64,000 bases of DNA from an uncultured Gammaproteobacteria bacterium (GTDB taxonomy: Bacteria; Patescibacteriota; Patescibacteriia; Magasanikbacterales; UBA922). Under the pieces are notes generated by a model. That model did no database searches, was not told the DNA's origin, and was given only the letters and a program-made list of their open reading frames with translations. The DNA is taken from positions 6,658 to 70,657 of the forward strand of contig CAZMHV010000003.1 in assembly GCA_964566225.1 (NCBI GenBank), in the 5' to 3' direction. Made by a program: the position numbers and the translations under genes. Numbering within the stretch: the first letter of the stretch is position 1; each line of letters opens with the position of its first letter. This document shows, one piece after another, positions 48,146 to 57,430 of the stretch.

Positions 48146-48742
48146 TGAATCGGCCATCACTAACTCCCTAACGGGTACGGTGGTGGCTTTTTTTGTTTCA
48201 TTGGGCAGAACGTTTACCCAATTTTCAGCGTGAAGGGCAGAACTCGAATTTTGAACGAAATCAATTGAATTGGGCTCTGTAACAAATGAAATTTTAATGG
48301 TTTGAGGGGAATAATTAATTTTTTGAATTGTTCGTTTCGCCAATAAATTGCTGCTCTGTCCCGTTTCGGTTTTTACCTTTGAAATAAACGATTGAAGTGT
48401 CTGAGTGACCATTTCAGGTGTGAGTTGGGATTGACTTGGACTGAGTTCGAGCCCTGCCTGGCCACCAATAGACTCATTTTTTAGTCTAAAGACAAAACTC
48501 TCGACATATTCTTTATCCACAGCAATTCTTCCCAGATTTTCTACGATATATTGTTCAAGCCTTTCAGCACTCACTTGTTTAGTGCTGCATGCCTCCCAAT
48601 CTCGTTTTGTAACACTACTACATCGATAATAATTATACCTCTTCATTTTGCCTTCTCTCCATTTGTTTGTGAAACACCCTGACATATATGCACCACATTC
48701 CGTACAGGTGATAAGCCCTCCGAAAAGATAATGTTTGAACAA
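48146..48742 (-). pseudogene. Remnant of a related large serine recombinase (zinc-ribbon plus coiled-coil C-terminal half only)
   Basis: 'LFGGLITCTECGAY...YNYYRC' parallels 'FKGLISCANCGCRV...YNHYSC' of the intact integrase. The N-terminal catalytic domain is absent. The ORF tail (to 48086) runs into element end sequence. Confidence 0.5.
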
Positions 48743-48938
48743 CCTATATTTCCAAAAATCCTTTTACAAAAAGAACCGCTACAATGATAAGTAAAATTGA
48801 CACACTAGAAACAAGAGCGATTAATTTCGGTCTTTTTATTTTTTTTGTGACAGAGGTTGCTTCATTCTCTGTTGGCACAGGTTGATTTGTGGAAAATGTA
48901 TTATCCATATGGTTTCTTATATAATTATAAATAAAATG

Positions 48939-49604
48939 TTATGGAGTAACGGATTTTAATTCTCCTTCTATTTTTTCTTTGAGTTTTTCATAACTTGGCA
49001 CTCCTGAGATTATTTTACCATTCAGAAAGAACGTTGGTGTACCTTTAACACCCAGTGCTATGCCATCATTTTTGTCACGGTTTATTTTTTCTTTATAAGC
49101 ATCGCTACTTAAAGATGCACTAAATTTTTCCATATCAAGGCCAAGGGTCTGGGCATACTGTGTAAATAATTCAGTCTGCGGTGTCTGCTTTTCTCCCCAA
49201 GCTGTTTGGTTTTCAAATAGGAGATTATTCATTTCCCAGAATTTTCCTTGTTCACCGGCCGCTTCCGCAGATTTAGCAGCGAGAACTGAGTTACCATGAA
49301 GCGGAAAGTTACGTAAAACAAACGTTATTTTTCCTTCATACTCACTGAGTATTTTTTTGACTATTGGATAGGCTGCACGACAGGCTTCGCACTCAAAATC
49401 TGTAAATTCTACGAGGGTCACGGAAGCGGTGGAACTGGTTATTTTTTGACTATCTTCACGTACGAGTTTGTCCATATTTTCAGGGGCTACCGTTGTAATC
49501 TCTTGCTGTAATGATGGAGTACGAGAAGATAGTGCTATAAGACCAGTGAAGATGACCAGGGTCACTCCAATAATTCCTCCAATTACTTTAGCGTCAGTTG
49601 ACAT
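48939..49604 (-). CDS. DsbA-like thiol:disulfide oxidoreductase (membrane-anchored thioredoxin-fold protein)
   Basis: N-terminal TM anchor, 'FECEACRAAYP' CxxC active site, thioredoxin fold. Confidence 0.7.
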   Translation of the reverse strand: MSTDAKVIGGIIGVTLVIFTGLIALSSRTPSLQQEITTVAPENMDKLVREDSQKITSSTASVTLVEFTDFECEACRAAYPIVKKILSEYEGKITFVLRNFPLHGNSVLAAKSAEAAGEQGKFWEMNNLLFENQTAWGEKQTPQTELFTQYAQTLGLDMEKFSASLSSDAYKEKINRDKNDGIALGVKGTPTFFLNGKIISGVPSYEKLKEKIEGELKSVTP

Positions 49605-49615
49605 AGAAAAAATAG

Positions 49616-50095
49616 TTAAGATTGTAACTTAAAATTTAATTTTTTTTGAATAAGATAACAGATAGCACCACTCACAATGAACACGTCGGCCAGATTGATA
49701 ATACCAGTAAATATTCGTATATAATCTACTGTTTGGTGTCTGAATAAACGATCAAAGCTATTTGATAATGCTCCAGCTAAGATGAGTGTAAGGGAAAGAG
49801 TTACCAAAACATTTGTCACCTTTAGATTATCTTTATCAAGAGGAGAAGAAAGATGGCGAACCAAAAAATAAATTAATAAAATTATAATTGGTGCAGATAA
49901 AATGAGGGTCAACCAGTAGGGCATAGGAATACTAAAAGCAATCCCTGGATTCAGAAATGGCTCCCAACCAAAAAAACTTGTAAGCGACCAGGGTTGATAC
50001 CAAGAATACAATGATTGAAGTTTCAAGAGTTGATCTATTATCAGCAAGCAAGCTCCTGCTACTAGAATGACAAAGTTTTGTTTTTTCAAGGACAT
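49616..50095 (-). CDS. lspA: Lipoprotein signal peptidase (signal peptidase II)
   Basis: 4 TM segments, 'NPGIAFS' and 'SNSFDRL...INLADVF' conserved LspA motifs. Confidence 0.75.
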   Translation of the reverse strand: MSLKKQNFVILVAGACLLIIDQLLKLQSLYSWYQPWSLTSFFGWEPFLNPGIAFSIPMPYWLTLILSAPIIILLIYFLVRHLSSPLDKDNLKVTNVLVTLSLTLILAGALSNSFDRLFRHQTVDYIRIFTGIINLADVFIVSGAICYLIQKKLNFKLQS

Positions 50096-50098
50096 ATT

Positions 50099-50476
50099 TC
50101 ATTTTCTTTTTAGGGAACATACAGGAGGATTGGCAATCTTACGACAAGTTATGTAGACACTTATACTGGAAATTATGAAGGCGATGACTCCGAATTCTTT
50201 CCCTTGGGCAGGAAGTAGAGTGAGAAGCGATGTAGCAACTCCTATGCCAAGCACAGAAGAAAGTAGTACTGACCCACATGAGGCACACCCTGCCTCCAGT
50301 AGTCCAAGCACCATTCCAATTCCACTTGTGAGTCCGCCACGCATTGCAACCATCCGAGCCTTTTGAAAGAGAGTGAGTGCCACATTGATGCCTATGAGTA
50401 TCTCTGTACTAAATAGGAAAGTGAGTGACCAAGCAGTATTATTGATCCACAAAATTTCAATAAAACTTTGAGGCAA
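50099..50476 (-). CDS. Membrane protein with CxSC motif (possibly split or frameshifted; an upstream 46-aa TM ORF lies in another frame)
   Basis: 125 aa, 3–4 TM segments, 'GCASCGS'. An adjacent small minus-strand ORF (about 50497–50640) may be the N-terminus of the same gene. Confidence 0.35.
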   Translation of the reverse strand: MPQSFIEILWINNTAWSLTFLFSTEILIGINVALTLFQKARMVAMRGGLTSGIGMVLGLLEAGCASCGSVLLSSVLGIGVATSLLTLLPAQGKEFGVIAFIISSISVYITCRKIANPPVCSLKRK

Positions 50477-50642
50477 TGAGGGAAATCCACTTTACTTTAC
50501 GGTAAAAGCAAGAAGATTAAAGTAAATAATATTGACTACAACAACTATGAAAAGTGTCGCCACCCCGAGGGTGATCAACCAATATCGTGGTGTATCAAAA
50601 ACCATCACCAAAGCAGTTTTGACACTTTTCATAGTATGTTCG

Positions 50643-51479
50643 TTACTTTAATTTGGTGTCAAGAGCTGCCTTAAGTGATTCGTAGGGTACTGCTCCTGAA
50701 ATAAGTTCAGACTTTCCATCCTTACCAATTAAGAACGTTCCAGGTGTACCAGAGACACCGGCAACACTACCAGCGTTCATTTCATCTTTTACATGTTGAG
50801 CGAATTTTCCACTGTTAAGACAGCTTTTAAATTTGCTTTCGTTCAGTCCCAATTCTTTGGCGAGTGGGACTAACTGATCAAGAGCAAAGCCTGTCCCATT
50901 TGACGTTGTACGTTCAATGAGTGCGTCGAGATACTTCCAAAAGGCATCATTTCCACCAATTTCATTGGCACATTCAGTGGCCTCAGCTTCTTTTTGAGCA
51001 TTAGCATGGAAGGAGAGTGGAAAATGACGATACACCCATCGTACTTTTCCTTTATACTCATCCATAATCTTGAGCATGGTAGGATGAAAACGTTTGCAGA
51101 AGGGACATTCAATATCCGAGTATTCTACCAATGTGACAGAACCAGTGCCTCGAATATGATCTTGTTTGGTTACAGGAGGGACTGGACCAGCAGCAGGTGC
51201 GGTTGGTTGTGGAGCGCTATCAAGAGGCGCAGAAGGCACGTTTGTGGGAGCATTGGCGAGAGCTCTGTTGACTTTACCGTCCATACTGATGTTTCCAGTC
51301 AATATGAGCGAAAGCATTATAAAAAAACCAATAGTCCCGAGTACTAATACTCCTCCGATACCACCCAGCAGCAGAGCTGTTTTGGGTGGTAATTGATTAA
51401 ACAAGGAGGATGATTTAACTGGGCGTGTAGCCGTAGGTTCCAAATCTTGATCTTGTGATATATTATTTTGATGAGTCAT
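50643..51479 (-). CDS. DsbA-like thioredoxin-domain protein with N-terminal membrane anchor and Pro/Ala-rich linker
   Basis: 'IECPFCKRFHP' CxxC, thioredoxin fold. 278 aa. Confidence 0.7.
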   Translation of the reverse strand: MTHQNNISQDQDLEPTATRPVKSSSLFNQLPPKTALLLGGIGGVLVLGTIGFFIMLSLILTGNISMDGKVNRALANAPTNVPSAPLDSAPQPTAPAAGPVPPVTKQDHIRGTGSVTLVEYSDIECPFCKRFHPTMLKIMDEYKGKVRWVYRHFPLSFHANAQKEAEATECANEIGGNDAFWKYLDALIERTTSNGTGFALDQLVPLAKELGLNESKFKSCLNSGKFAQHVKDEMNAGSVAGVSGTPGTFLIGKDGKSELISGAVPYESLKAALDTKLK

Positions 51480-51558
51480 ATTAGATACATTAAAAATAAT
51501 TAAGTTTAAATATATTGTTGCGCTTTGCTGAAAGAGTTAGGGAAAAGAAGTCTCATAC

Positions 51559-52464
51559 TCAACCAGATCTACAATTTTCTTCACCATCGAGGAAACAATT
51601 CTCTCCTTCTTCTTCAATTTCAATCGTAGAGTGATGAATTTCATACTTTTCAAATATCTCTTTTGCTCGAAATTTTATATTCACTTTATCTTCCTGAGAC
51701 AATCCTTTTTTAAGCATGAAGTTGGTTGTCAAAATATTATTTTCTCCGTCTAGACTCCACACATGCGTATCATGCATTTGCACAATCTCAGGAAAATTTT
51801 TGATCTTAGATTCAATCTCTTCAATTTTAATTTCCTTTGGTACACCTTGAAGAAAAATAAAAGCCGTGGCTTTCAAATTCTTCATGACTTTATAAAGAAT
51901 GTAGATAGAAATAAGGATAGAAAGAATTGGATCAAGAATATGAATATCTTTTATGAGAGCAAAGATACTTACGATCAAAACTGCTATCCAGCCAAAGACA
52001 TCTTCAAACAAATGCCAAGAAACCATTTTTTCATTCATCGAATGACCTTTTTTGAGTCGAAGAGCGGCAAACCCATTTACCGCAATTCCAATAAGAGCAA
52101 ACAAGAGCATGCCCTTCGCATTGGCATGTTCTGGATTTATAAGACGAGGGATAGCTTTTGAGAGGACTATGAGAGAGCCCACAAGAAGAATCGCTCCATT
52201 GATAAAAGCGGCTAACAGAGAAAATCGTTTATAACCATAAGAGAACCCAGTGGTACGCTTTCGTTTGGAAACTTTTTCCAGAACAAAAGAAATTCCCAAA
52301 GACATACTGTCTCCAAAATCATGAAGAGCGTCAGAAATAATGGCGAGACTATTTGTATAGATTCCACCAATCAACTCAAAAATTGCAAAACCAAGATTCA
52401 GGAAAAAAGCGAAACGAATATTTTTGAGACTTTTTTGTTCACTGGGTTTGGAGTGTGGATTCAT
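51559..52464 (-). CDS. Cation diffusion facilitator family transporter (CzcD-like)
   Basis: 6 TM segments, 'SDALHDFGD' metal-site motif, C-terminal cytoplasmic domain. 301 aa. Confidence 0.8.
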   Translation of the reverse strand: MNPHSKPSEQKSLKNIRFAFFLNLGFAIFELIGGIYTNSLAIISDALHDFGDSMSLGISFVLEKVSKRKRTTGFSYGYKRFSLLAAFINGAILLVGSLIVLSKAIPRLINPEHANAKGMLLFALIGIAVNGFAALRLKKGHSMNEKMVSWHLFEDVFGWIAVLIVSIFALIKDIHILDPILSILISIYILYKVMKNLKATAFIFLQGVPKEIKIEEIESKIKNFPEIVQMHDTHVWSLDGENNILTTNFMLKKGLSQEDKVNIKFRAKEIFEKYEIHHSTIEIEEEGENCFLDGEENCRSG

Positions 52465-53330
52465 AGTTCTTGTTTATCATTTTTAAAAGGAAGAGTCTCT
52501 GAAGAAACCAATGCCCAAAGAGCCTCCTTATTTAGTTCCCAGTCATTTTCTACATGATCAGTAAGTTCTACGGTAATAGAGGGTTTTTGGAAGGTTTCCC
52601 AAAACCATAATGTTGCTGTCCCGACATACGTCCACTCGTCATAGTACGAATATCCTGTTTTTTTTTCATACCACTTTGCTAAAGCAATAGAGCTTTCATT
52701 CTCTTCTGGTGAAACTAGACCTCCTTGAGAATGGAAAGCAATCATAACCTCAGGTCGATACCTTTCTACCGTTTGCTTGAGAGCAATACTTTCATCTTCT
52801 GAAAAGGGCTTAGATCCTGCAGAGACTCCCTCTTGTTCGTAGGGTTTCCACTCTTTCGCGTCAAAATTTCGGTTAAGGTTTACGCCATTTACATTTAAAT
52901 TGTCCGATCGTTCATAGTATCCATCAGGATTGACAATTGGGATGACTACCAGTTTTTTTGAATCTGAAATACTTTCAGGATTTGCTCGAACTTCTTCGAC
53001 AAACTTATTTAGTAAGTCAGCAGTGTTTTTTTCATCTCCATGTATTGCTCCAAATAAAAACACAGTTTCTTTTCCTCTTCCAATCTCATACCCATAAATA
53101 CTTCTTCCTTTCGTAGAATATCCAAAAAATTTCTCCTTAACTTCTGTTTGAGGTTTGGGGATTAGGAGGGGCTCCTCGTCAGTAGAATTAATAGTTGCAG
53201 GAGAAGTAGACTCATAAGAAACGGATGTATCTCTCTGCAAGAATAAGTATGCCATAGCCAAAAGCAGTGCAATACTCACAATACTTATACAGTAGAGATA
53301 GATTTTTTTTGTATGTATTTTCGTGACCAT
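52461..53330 (-). CDS. M14-family zinc carboxypeptidase-like protein (secreted or anchored)
   Basis: N-terminal TM or signal sequence, 'FGAIHGDE' Zn-binding HxxE motif. 289 aa. Confidence 0.55.
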   Translation of the reverse strand: MVTKIHTKKIYLYCISIVSIALLLAMAYLFLQRDTSVSYESTSPATINSTDEEPLLIPKPQTEVKEKFFGYSTKGRSIYGYEIGRGKETVFLFGAIHGDEKNTADLLNKFVEEVRANPESISDSKKLVVIPIVNPDGYYERSDNLNVNGVNLNRNFDAKEWKPYEQEGVSAGSKPFSEDESIALKQTVERYRPEVMIAFHSQGGLVSPEENESSIALAKWYEKKTGYSYYDEWTYVGTATLWFWETFQKPSITVELTDHVENDWELNKEALWALVSSETLPFKNDKQEL

Positions 53331-53379
53331 AGATTTCTTTAAAGCAAAATACTTCCTCGATCCAAGAATCTAGGTAAAC

Positions 53380-53820
53380 TTATTTTTCCGAAACATTCTT
53401 TTCGGAATTAAGCTTAATAAAGGTGATCAAACATATCGTAATAACAGTAAAGGCTACCAGTGAAAGAAACGGAATAGTCACAAATCCAAACCATTCAAAA
53501 AATTTGGTGGTACAGGATACACCAATCTTACAAGGTTGAATACTCTCAGGTAAAATACCGTAGTAGAGAAGATTTTGATAAATGGCAATCACCAAACCTA
53601 TTATAGATAATGGAAGTGCATACCAGACTACATTTTTATCCTTTCTCATAAGGCCAACAATAAAAATCGCTACTAAGGGGTACATAGCAATTCTTTGATA
53701 CCAACAGAGTACACAGGGAGGAAGTTTCATTACCTCACTAAAATAGAGACTTCCAAACAGGGCAATGACTGGCTGGGTAAATGCTAGATACAAGATATTG
53801 TTTTGAATGAATTTTTTCAT
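53380..53820 (-). CDS. Disulfide bond formation protein B (DsbB/BdbC family)
   Basis: 4 TM segments, 'PCVLCWYQR' and a second Cys pair 'CKIGVSC'. 146 aa. Confidence 0.75.
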   Translation of the reverse strand: MKKFIQNNILYLAFTQPVIALFGSLYFSEVMKLPPCVLCWYQRIAMYPLVAIFIVGLMRKDKNVVWYALPLSIIGLVIAIYQNLLYYGILPESIQPCKIGVSCTTKFFEWFGFVTIPFLSLVAFTVITICLITFIKLNSEKNVSEK

Positions 53821-53886
53821 ATATTATATTTACTAAAAATAAAAAAACTATTTCAATAACAGAAGCTTAAAGATTGTTTTGAATTT

Positions 53887-54282
53887 TTAGTAGATTTTTG
53901 GATGAATCAGGCCAAGACGAAAATGTTGACCATAAGATTCAAAAACTTTAAAACTGCCAAATCTTCTCCGTATAGAAGAGCAATATAACAATATAATTGT
54001 ACAGGAGAAAACCGTTACTGAGAAAATGAAAAAAGAGGTATATAAATTTAATATCTTAAAAAAATTCGGCACCACCACTTTAATAAAATGACCTGTTTCA
54101 TTTGCTTCAGTCACTAAACTACAACAGTTCGTATTATCATCACTATTCACGTATGCCTGAAAAGGCAAAGAAGTTCCATGTAACCAAGTACTGAAAAAAA
54201 CATGCGTTATTGATTTACAAAAAAACGCTATACTGAGTATAATTATCCCTATAGAAAAAATTTTGAATAGCTTCATAGTCAT
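53887..54282 (-). CDS. Hypothetical membrane/secreted protein
   Basis: 131 aa, hydrophobic N- and C-termini, no motif. Confidence 0.4.
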   Translation of the reverse strand: MTMKLFKIFSIGIIILSIAFFCKSITHVFFSTWLHGTSLPFQAYVNSDDNTNCCSLVTEANETGHFIKVVVPNFFKILNLYTSFFIFSVTVFSCTIILLYCSSIRRRFGSFKVFESYGQHFRLGLIHPKIY

Positions 54283-54411
54283 TCTTTAAGGACAATTATA
54301 TCGTAAAACCGTTTATAAATCAACAGGCAGCCTCCATTACATTTTTATATTCTAGTTAAAATAAAAACAACAACGGTTAGCGTTGTTGTTATATAAATTA
54401 CACTGAACGTT

Positions 54412-55353
54412 TTAAATCCGCCCATCTTTAACAAGTCTCCAATAATGGTAGCCTAAAGCTGTAAGCTTACACGATTTTGAGTTTTGTGCTGCGAAATACA
54501 TAAATTCTTCGTCAACAGGAATAACTAATCCCACGCTTTGAAATTTTTGCAAGTGTTTAAAGATTGCTACATTTTCTGGTTTTGCAATTTCTTTATTTGT
54601 ATCTTCAAATGTGGGATCCAAAGGGAATTGAAATTCTGGAGCAGGAAAGTAAGTTGTTATCTTTCGTAACTTTTCTAAAGGTACAGGTGGCTGGATTTCT
54701 CTTAAAGATGTGAACTGAGTTACATTGGTTTTAAAGATAGGTCGTTGATCCCATGGACCTAATGCTTGGTCAATATGAGCGTAGACGCTTCCAGGTGTAA
54801 TATGTCCTCTTAAATCTGCTGCTCCTCCATGTAGGGCACTTAAAAGTAAATTTGTAAAAATTCCATGTCCATTAACTTCTGCCGCGGTTTCATTATCTCG
54901 GCACGCAGTCAATACCGTAGTCCCTTCTTTTATTTGAGTTGTTGCACCACCTGAAACAGCTGGGGAACCAAAAGCACCCGAATTACAGCAGTCTAGAATA
55001 ATTATCTTATTTTTTACCATTGATTCGTTTGCAAGGATAAGAATGTTGTCCATTGATATGCCGACATCGTGTTCTTGGTGATCCGGTGTTACTATAAAAC
55101 CGCCTAACTCGTCTAACATTCCGTGGCCAGAAAAATATAATAAAGAAGCGTCACCATCTCCCTTAAACAACTCTTTGATCATCCCCAGTAGCTCATTCTT
55201 TTTTTGGATGTCAGTTTTTAGAACAACGGAAAAATTTGGTGATCCATCTCCATTTCTTTCTAAAATACTTGAAAGTGCAATTGCGTCATTAACGCAACCT
55301 GCTAGGGGTTTGCTTGAATATTGGTTTATGCCAACGATGAGTGCCTTTTTCAT
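54412..55353 (-). CDS. Caspase-like peptidase (C14 / metacaspase-like) with uncharacterised C-terminal domain of about 110 aa
   Basis: 'ALIVGINQYSSKPLAGCVNDAIAL', catalytic dyad context 'YFSGHG' (His) and 'IIILDCCNSG' (Cys). Lies 4 nt downstream of the TIR-like gene on the same strand. Confidence 0.7.
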   Translation of the reverse strand: MKKALIVGINQYSSKPLAGCVNDAIALSSILERNGDGSPNFSVVLKTDIQKKNELLGMIKELFKGDGDASLLYFSGHGMLDELGGFIVTPDHQEHDVGISMDNILILANESMVKNKIIILDCCNSGAFGSPAVSGGATTQIKEGTTVLTACRDNETAAEVNGHGIFTNLLLSALHGGAADLRGHITPGSVYAHIDQALGPWDQRPIFKTNVTQFTSLREIQPPVPLEKLRKITTYFPAPEFQFPLDPTFEDTNKEIAKPENVAIFKHLQKFQSVGLVIPVDEEFMYFAAQNSKSCKLTALGYHYWRLVKDGRI

Positions 55354-55356
55354 AGT

Positions 55357-55746
55357 TTATGCTCGGTCAACCAGGTCTTTAACATTTTGCCACGTCCAAA
55401 CATAATATCCATTAAGTCCGGCTGGACGAGGACAAGTTTTATCTTTATAACCTTGTATGCCGTAGACGGGTTTGCCAGCTTCATTCGCCATGTCAATTTC
55501 GGCTTTAACCCCGCTACAGGTAGAAGTTTTTTCTCCAACCATTACAAGCACTAAATCACACTTTTTAATTTTTGTTAAACATCTTTCTTTCCAAACACTT
55601 TGATTCCAGGGCTGCTTTACAGACCAGTCCTCCATATCAAAGGGCGAACCTTCATTTTTTGCTTGACCGATAAGTGAAGTTCTTAGGAATTCATCATTAT
55701 CAAAGTCAAAACTTACGAACACCTTCTTTTTTTGTAGAGTATACAT
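55357..55746 (-). CDS. TIR-like domain protein (DUF1863/MTH538 ThsB-like)
   Basis: 'KVFVSFDFDNDEFL' N-terminal strand-loop and '...CDLVLVMVGEKTSTCSGVKAEIDMANEAGKPVYGI' resemble the TIR-like 'FISF..xD' and 'S.WV..EI..A...KPIIGV' pattern. 129 aa. Confidence 0.6.
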   Translation of the reverse strand: MYTLQKKKVFVSFDFDNDEFLRTSLIGQAKNEGSPFDMEDWSVKQPWNQSVWKERCLTKIKKCDLVLVMVGEKTSTCSGVKAEIDMANEAGKPVYGIQGYKDKTCPRPAGLNGYYVWTWQNVKDLVDRA

Positions 55747-55877
55747 AGTAAAATGAAATTAATATTTAACACTATTTGTCAAAAATTATACTATTATCAC
55801 TCTCTATAGTCAAGTGATAACTTTTTAAAAAACAGCCCAATAAATAAGCTGCTTTTTGGCGTGCCCGAGCGTTGATA

Positions 55878-57422
55878 TTAAGAAGAAGTGGGAGTATTAG
55901 TTTCATCTGTAGGAATAACTTCTGATATGTTAGAAGTTATCCCAGTCCCTAATAATTGAAAAGACTCAGCCTTCGGTAACTCTTGCACATCTCGAAGTTT
56001 TCTTTCAATAGCACGAGATCGTACACCTGCCTCATCAATAACGTTGCTTGCTTCAGTAAGTTTCTTTTGCGTTTTATCTAGTATATCTCCAAAGCGACCA
56101 AACTCTGTTTTTACAGCTCCTAAGATTTCCCAAACCTCGCTTGAACGTTTTTCAATAGCCAGAGTTCTAAAGCCCATTTGCAGACTATTCAAAAATGCTG
56201 AAAGTGTAGTCGGACCGACGATAGTTACTTTAAAATCTCGCTGTAAACATTCAAATAGTCCATTACATCTTAGGACTTCAGCATACAATCCTTCAAAGGG
56301 AAGAAACATTATTCCAAAATCTGTTGTACCTGGTGGATCAATATATTTATCTCGAATATCTTTGGCAAAAGTTTTTATACGATTTGCTAACTGCTTACTA
56401 GCACTTTCAATAAGTTCTTTGTCTGACTTTTCATAGGCTTCTAGGAGTAGTTGGTAATCTTCACTTGGAAACTTAGAATCAATAGGGAGAAGTACCACTT
56501 TACTTTGATCCTCGCGACCAGGAAGTTTGATAGCAAATTCTACCATAGCATCACTACCTGCTTTGGTTTTTATATTCTTTTGGTATTGCTCAGGAGTAAA
56601 AAGTTGTTCCAGAATATTTGCTAGCTGATACTCTCCCAGTACACCTCTAGTTTTCACATTCGATAAAACTTTCTTTAAATCTCCAACTCCAGTGGCTAGT
56701 ACTTGCATTTCTCCTAATCCTTTGTGTACGAGATCAAGTTTATCTGTTACCAATTTAAAGGATTGGCCAAGCCGTGTTTCCAAAGTATGGTGGAGTTTCT
56801 CATCAACCGTAGCACGCATTTTTTCAAGCTTCTCATTGTTATCGTCCTGCATGAGTTTGAGCTTGCCTTCTACTATTTCTCTCATTTTTTCCAGTCTTGT
56901 TTCAATGGTCTGAATAAGTTCAGTCTGTTTCGTGTGGAGACTATCTAGTTTCTGCTTTTGTCCCTCATTCAGTTCTTTTATACCTGTTCCAAGAGTCGCT
57001 TCAAATGATTTGAAAGCAACCCGTAATTCATCTCTAGTGTCTTTATTTGCTTGGTTTATCTGAGTTGCAAACGAGATGAGTTGATCTTTCTGCAAAGTAG
57101 CAATATCTAACACTTGCTTGGTAAGAGAACTCCCAAATATATTGAGAGACTGGCTCAGCTCTTCTCGGGCTGTTTTATTCCCTTGAGCGGCTTCTGTACG
57201 ATTCCGAGCCAACTCATCTTTGAGGAGAATTTCAAACCTGTTTACACAGCTGTCTATATTGTCAAGAAGTCCCTTAAGCTCAGAGGAATCGCTCCCATTT
57301 TTGGCTTTCCTTAAAAGAAAAACGATATATCCACTCAAAGCCAGAGAAAGGATGGAGAGGGTAAGAGCAAGAATAGTCATATACGTCCCTATTAAGAGTA
57401 CAATAAGGAACCATGGGTACAA
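55878..57422 (-). CDS. rmuC: DNA recombination protein RmuC
   Basis: N-terminal TM, long coiled coil, C-terminal RmuC domain ('GEYQLANILEQ...'). 514 aa. Confidence 0.75.
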   Translation of the reverse strand: MYPWFLIVLLIGTYMTILALTLSILSLALSGYIVFLLRKAKNGSDSSELKGLLDNIDSCVNRFEILLKDELARNRTEAAQGNKTAREELSQSLNIFGSSLTKQVLDIATLQKDQLISFATQINQANKDTRDELRVAFKSFEATLGTGIKELNEGQKQKLDSLHTKQTELIQTIETRLEKMREIVEGKLKLMQDDNNEKLEKMRATVDEKLHHTLETRLGQSFKLVTDKLDLVHKGLGEMQVLATGVGDLKKVLSNVKTRGVLGEYQLANILEQLFTPEQYQKNIKTKAGSDAMVEFAIKLPGREDQSKVVLLPIDSKFPSEDYQLLLEAYEKSDKELIESASKQLANRIKTFAKDIRDKYIDPPGTTDFGIMFLPFEGLYAEVLRCNGLFECLQRDFKVTIVGPTTLSAFLNSLQMGFRTLAIEKRSSEVWEILGAVKTEFGRFGDILDKTQKKLTEASNVIDEAGVRSRAIERKLRDVQELPKAESFQLLGTGITSNISEVIPTDETNTPTSS

Positions 57423-57430
57423 TCACTAGT

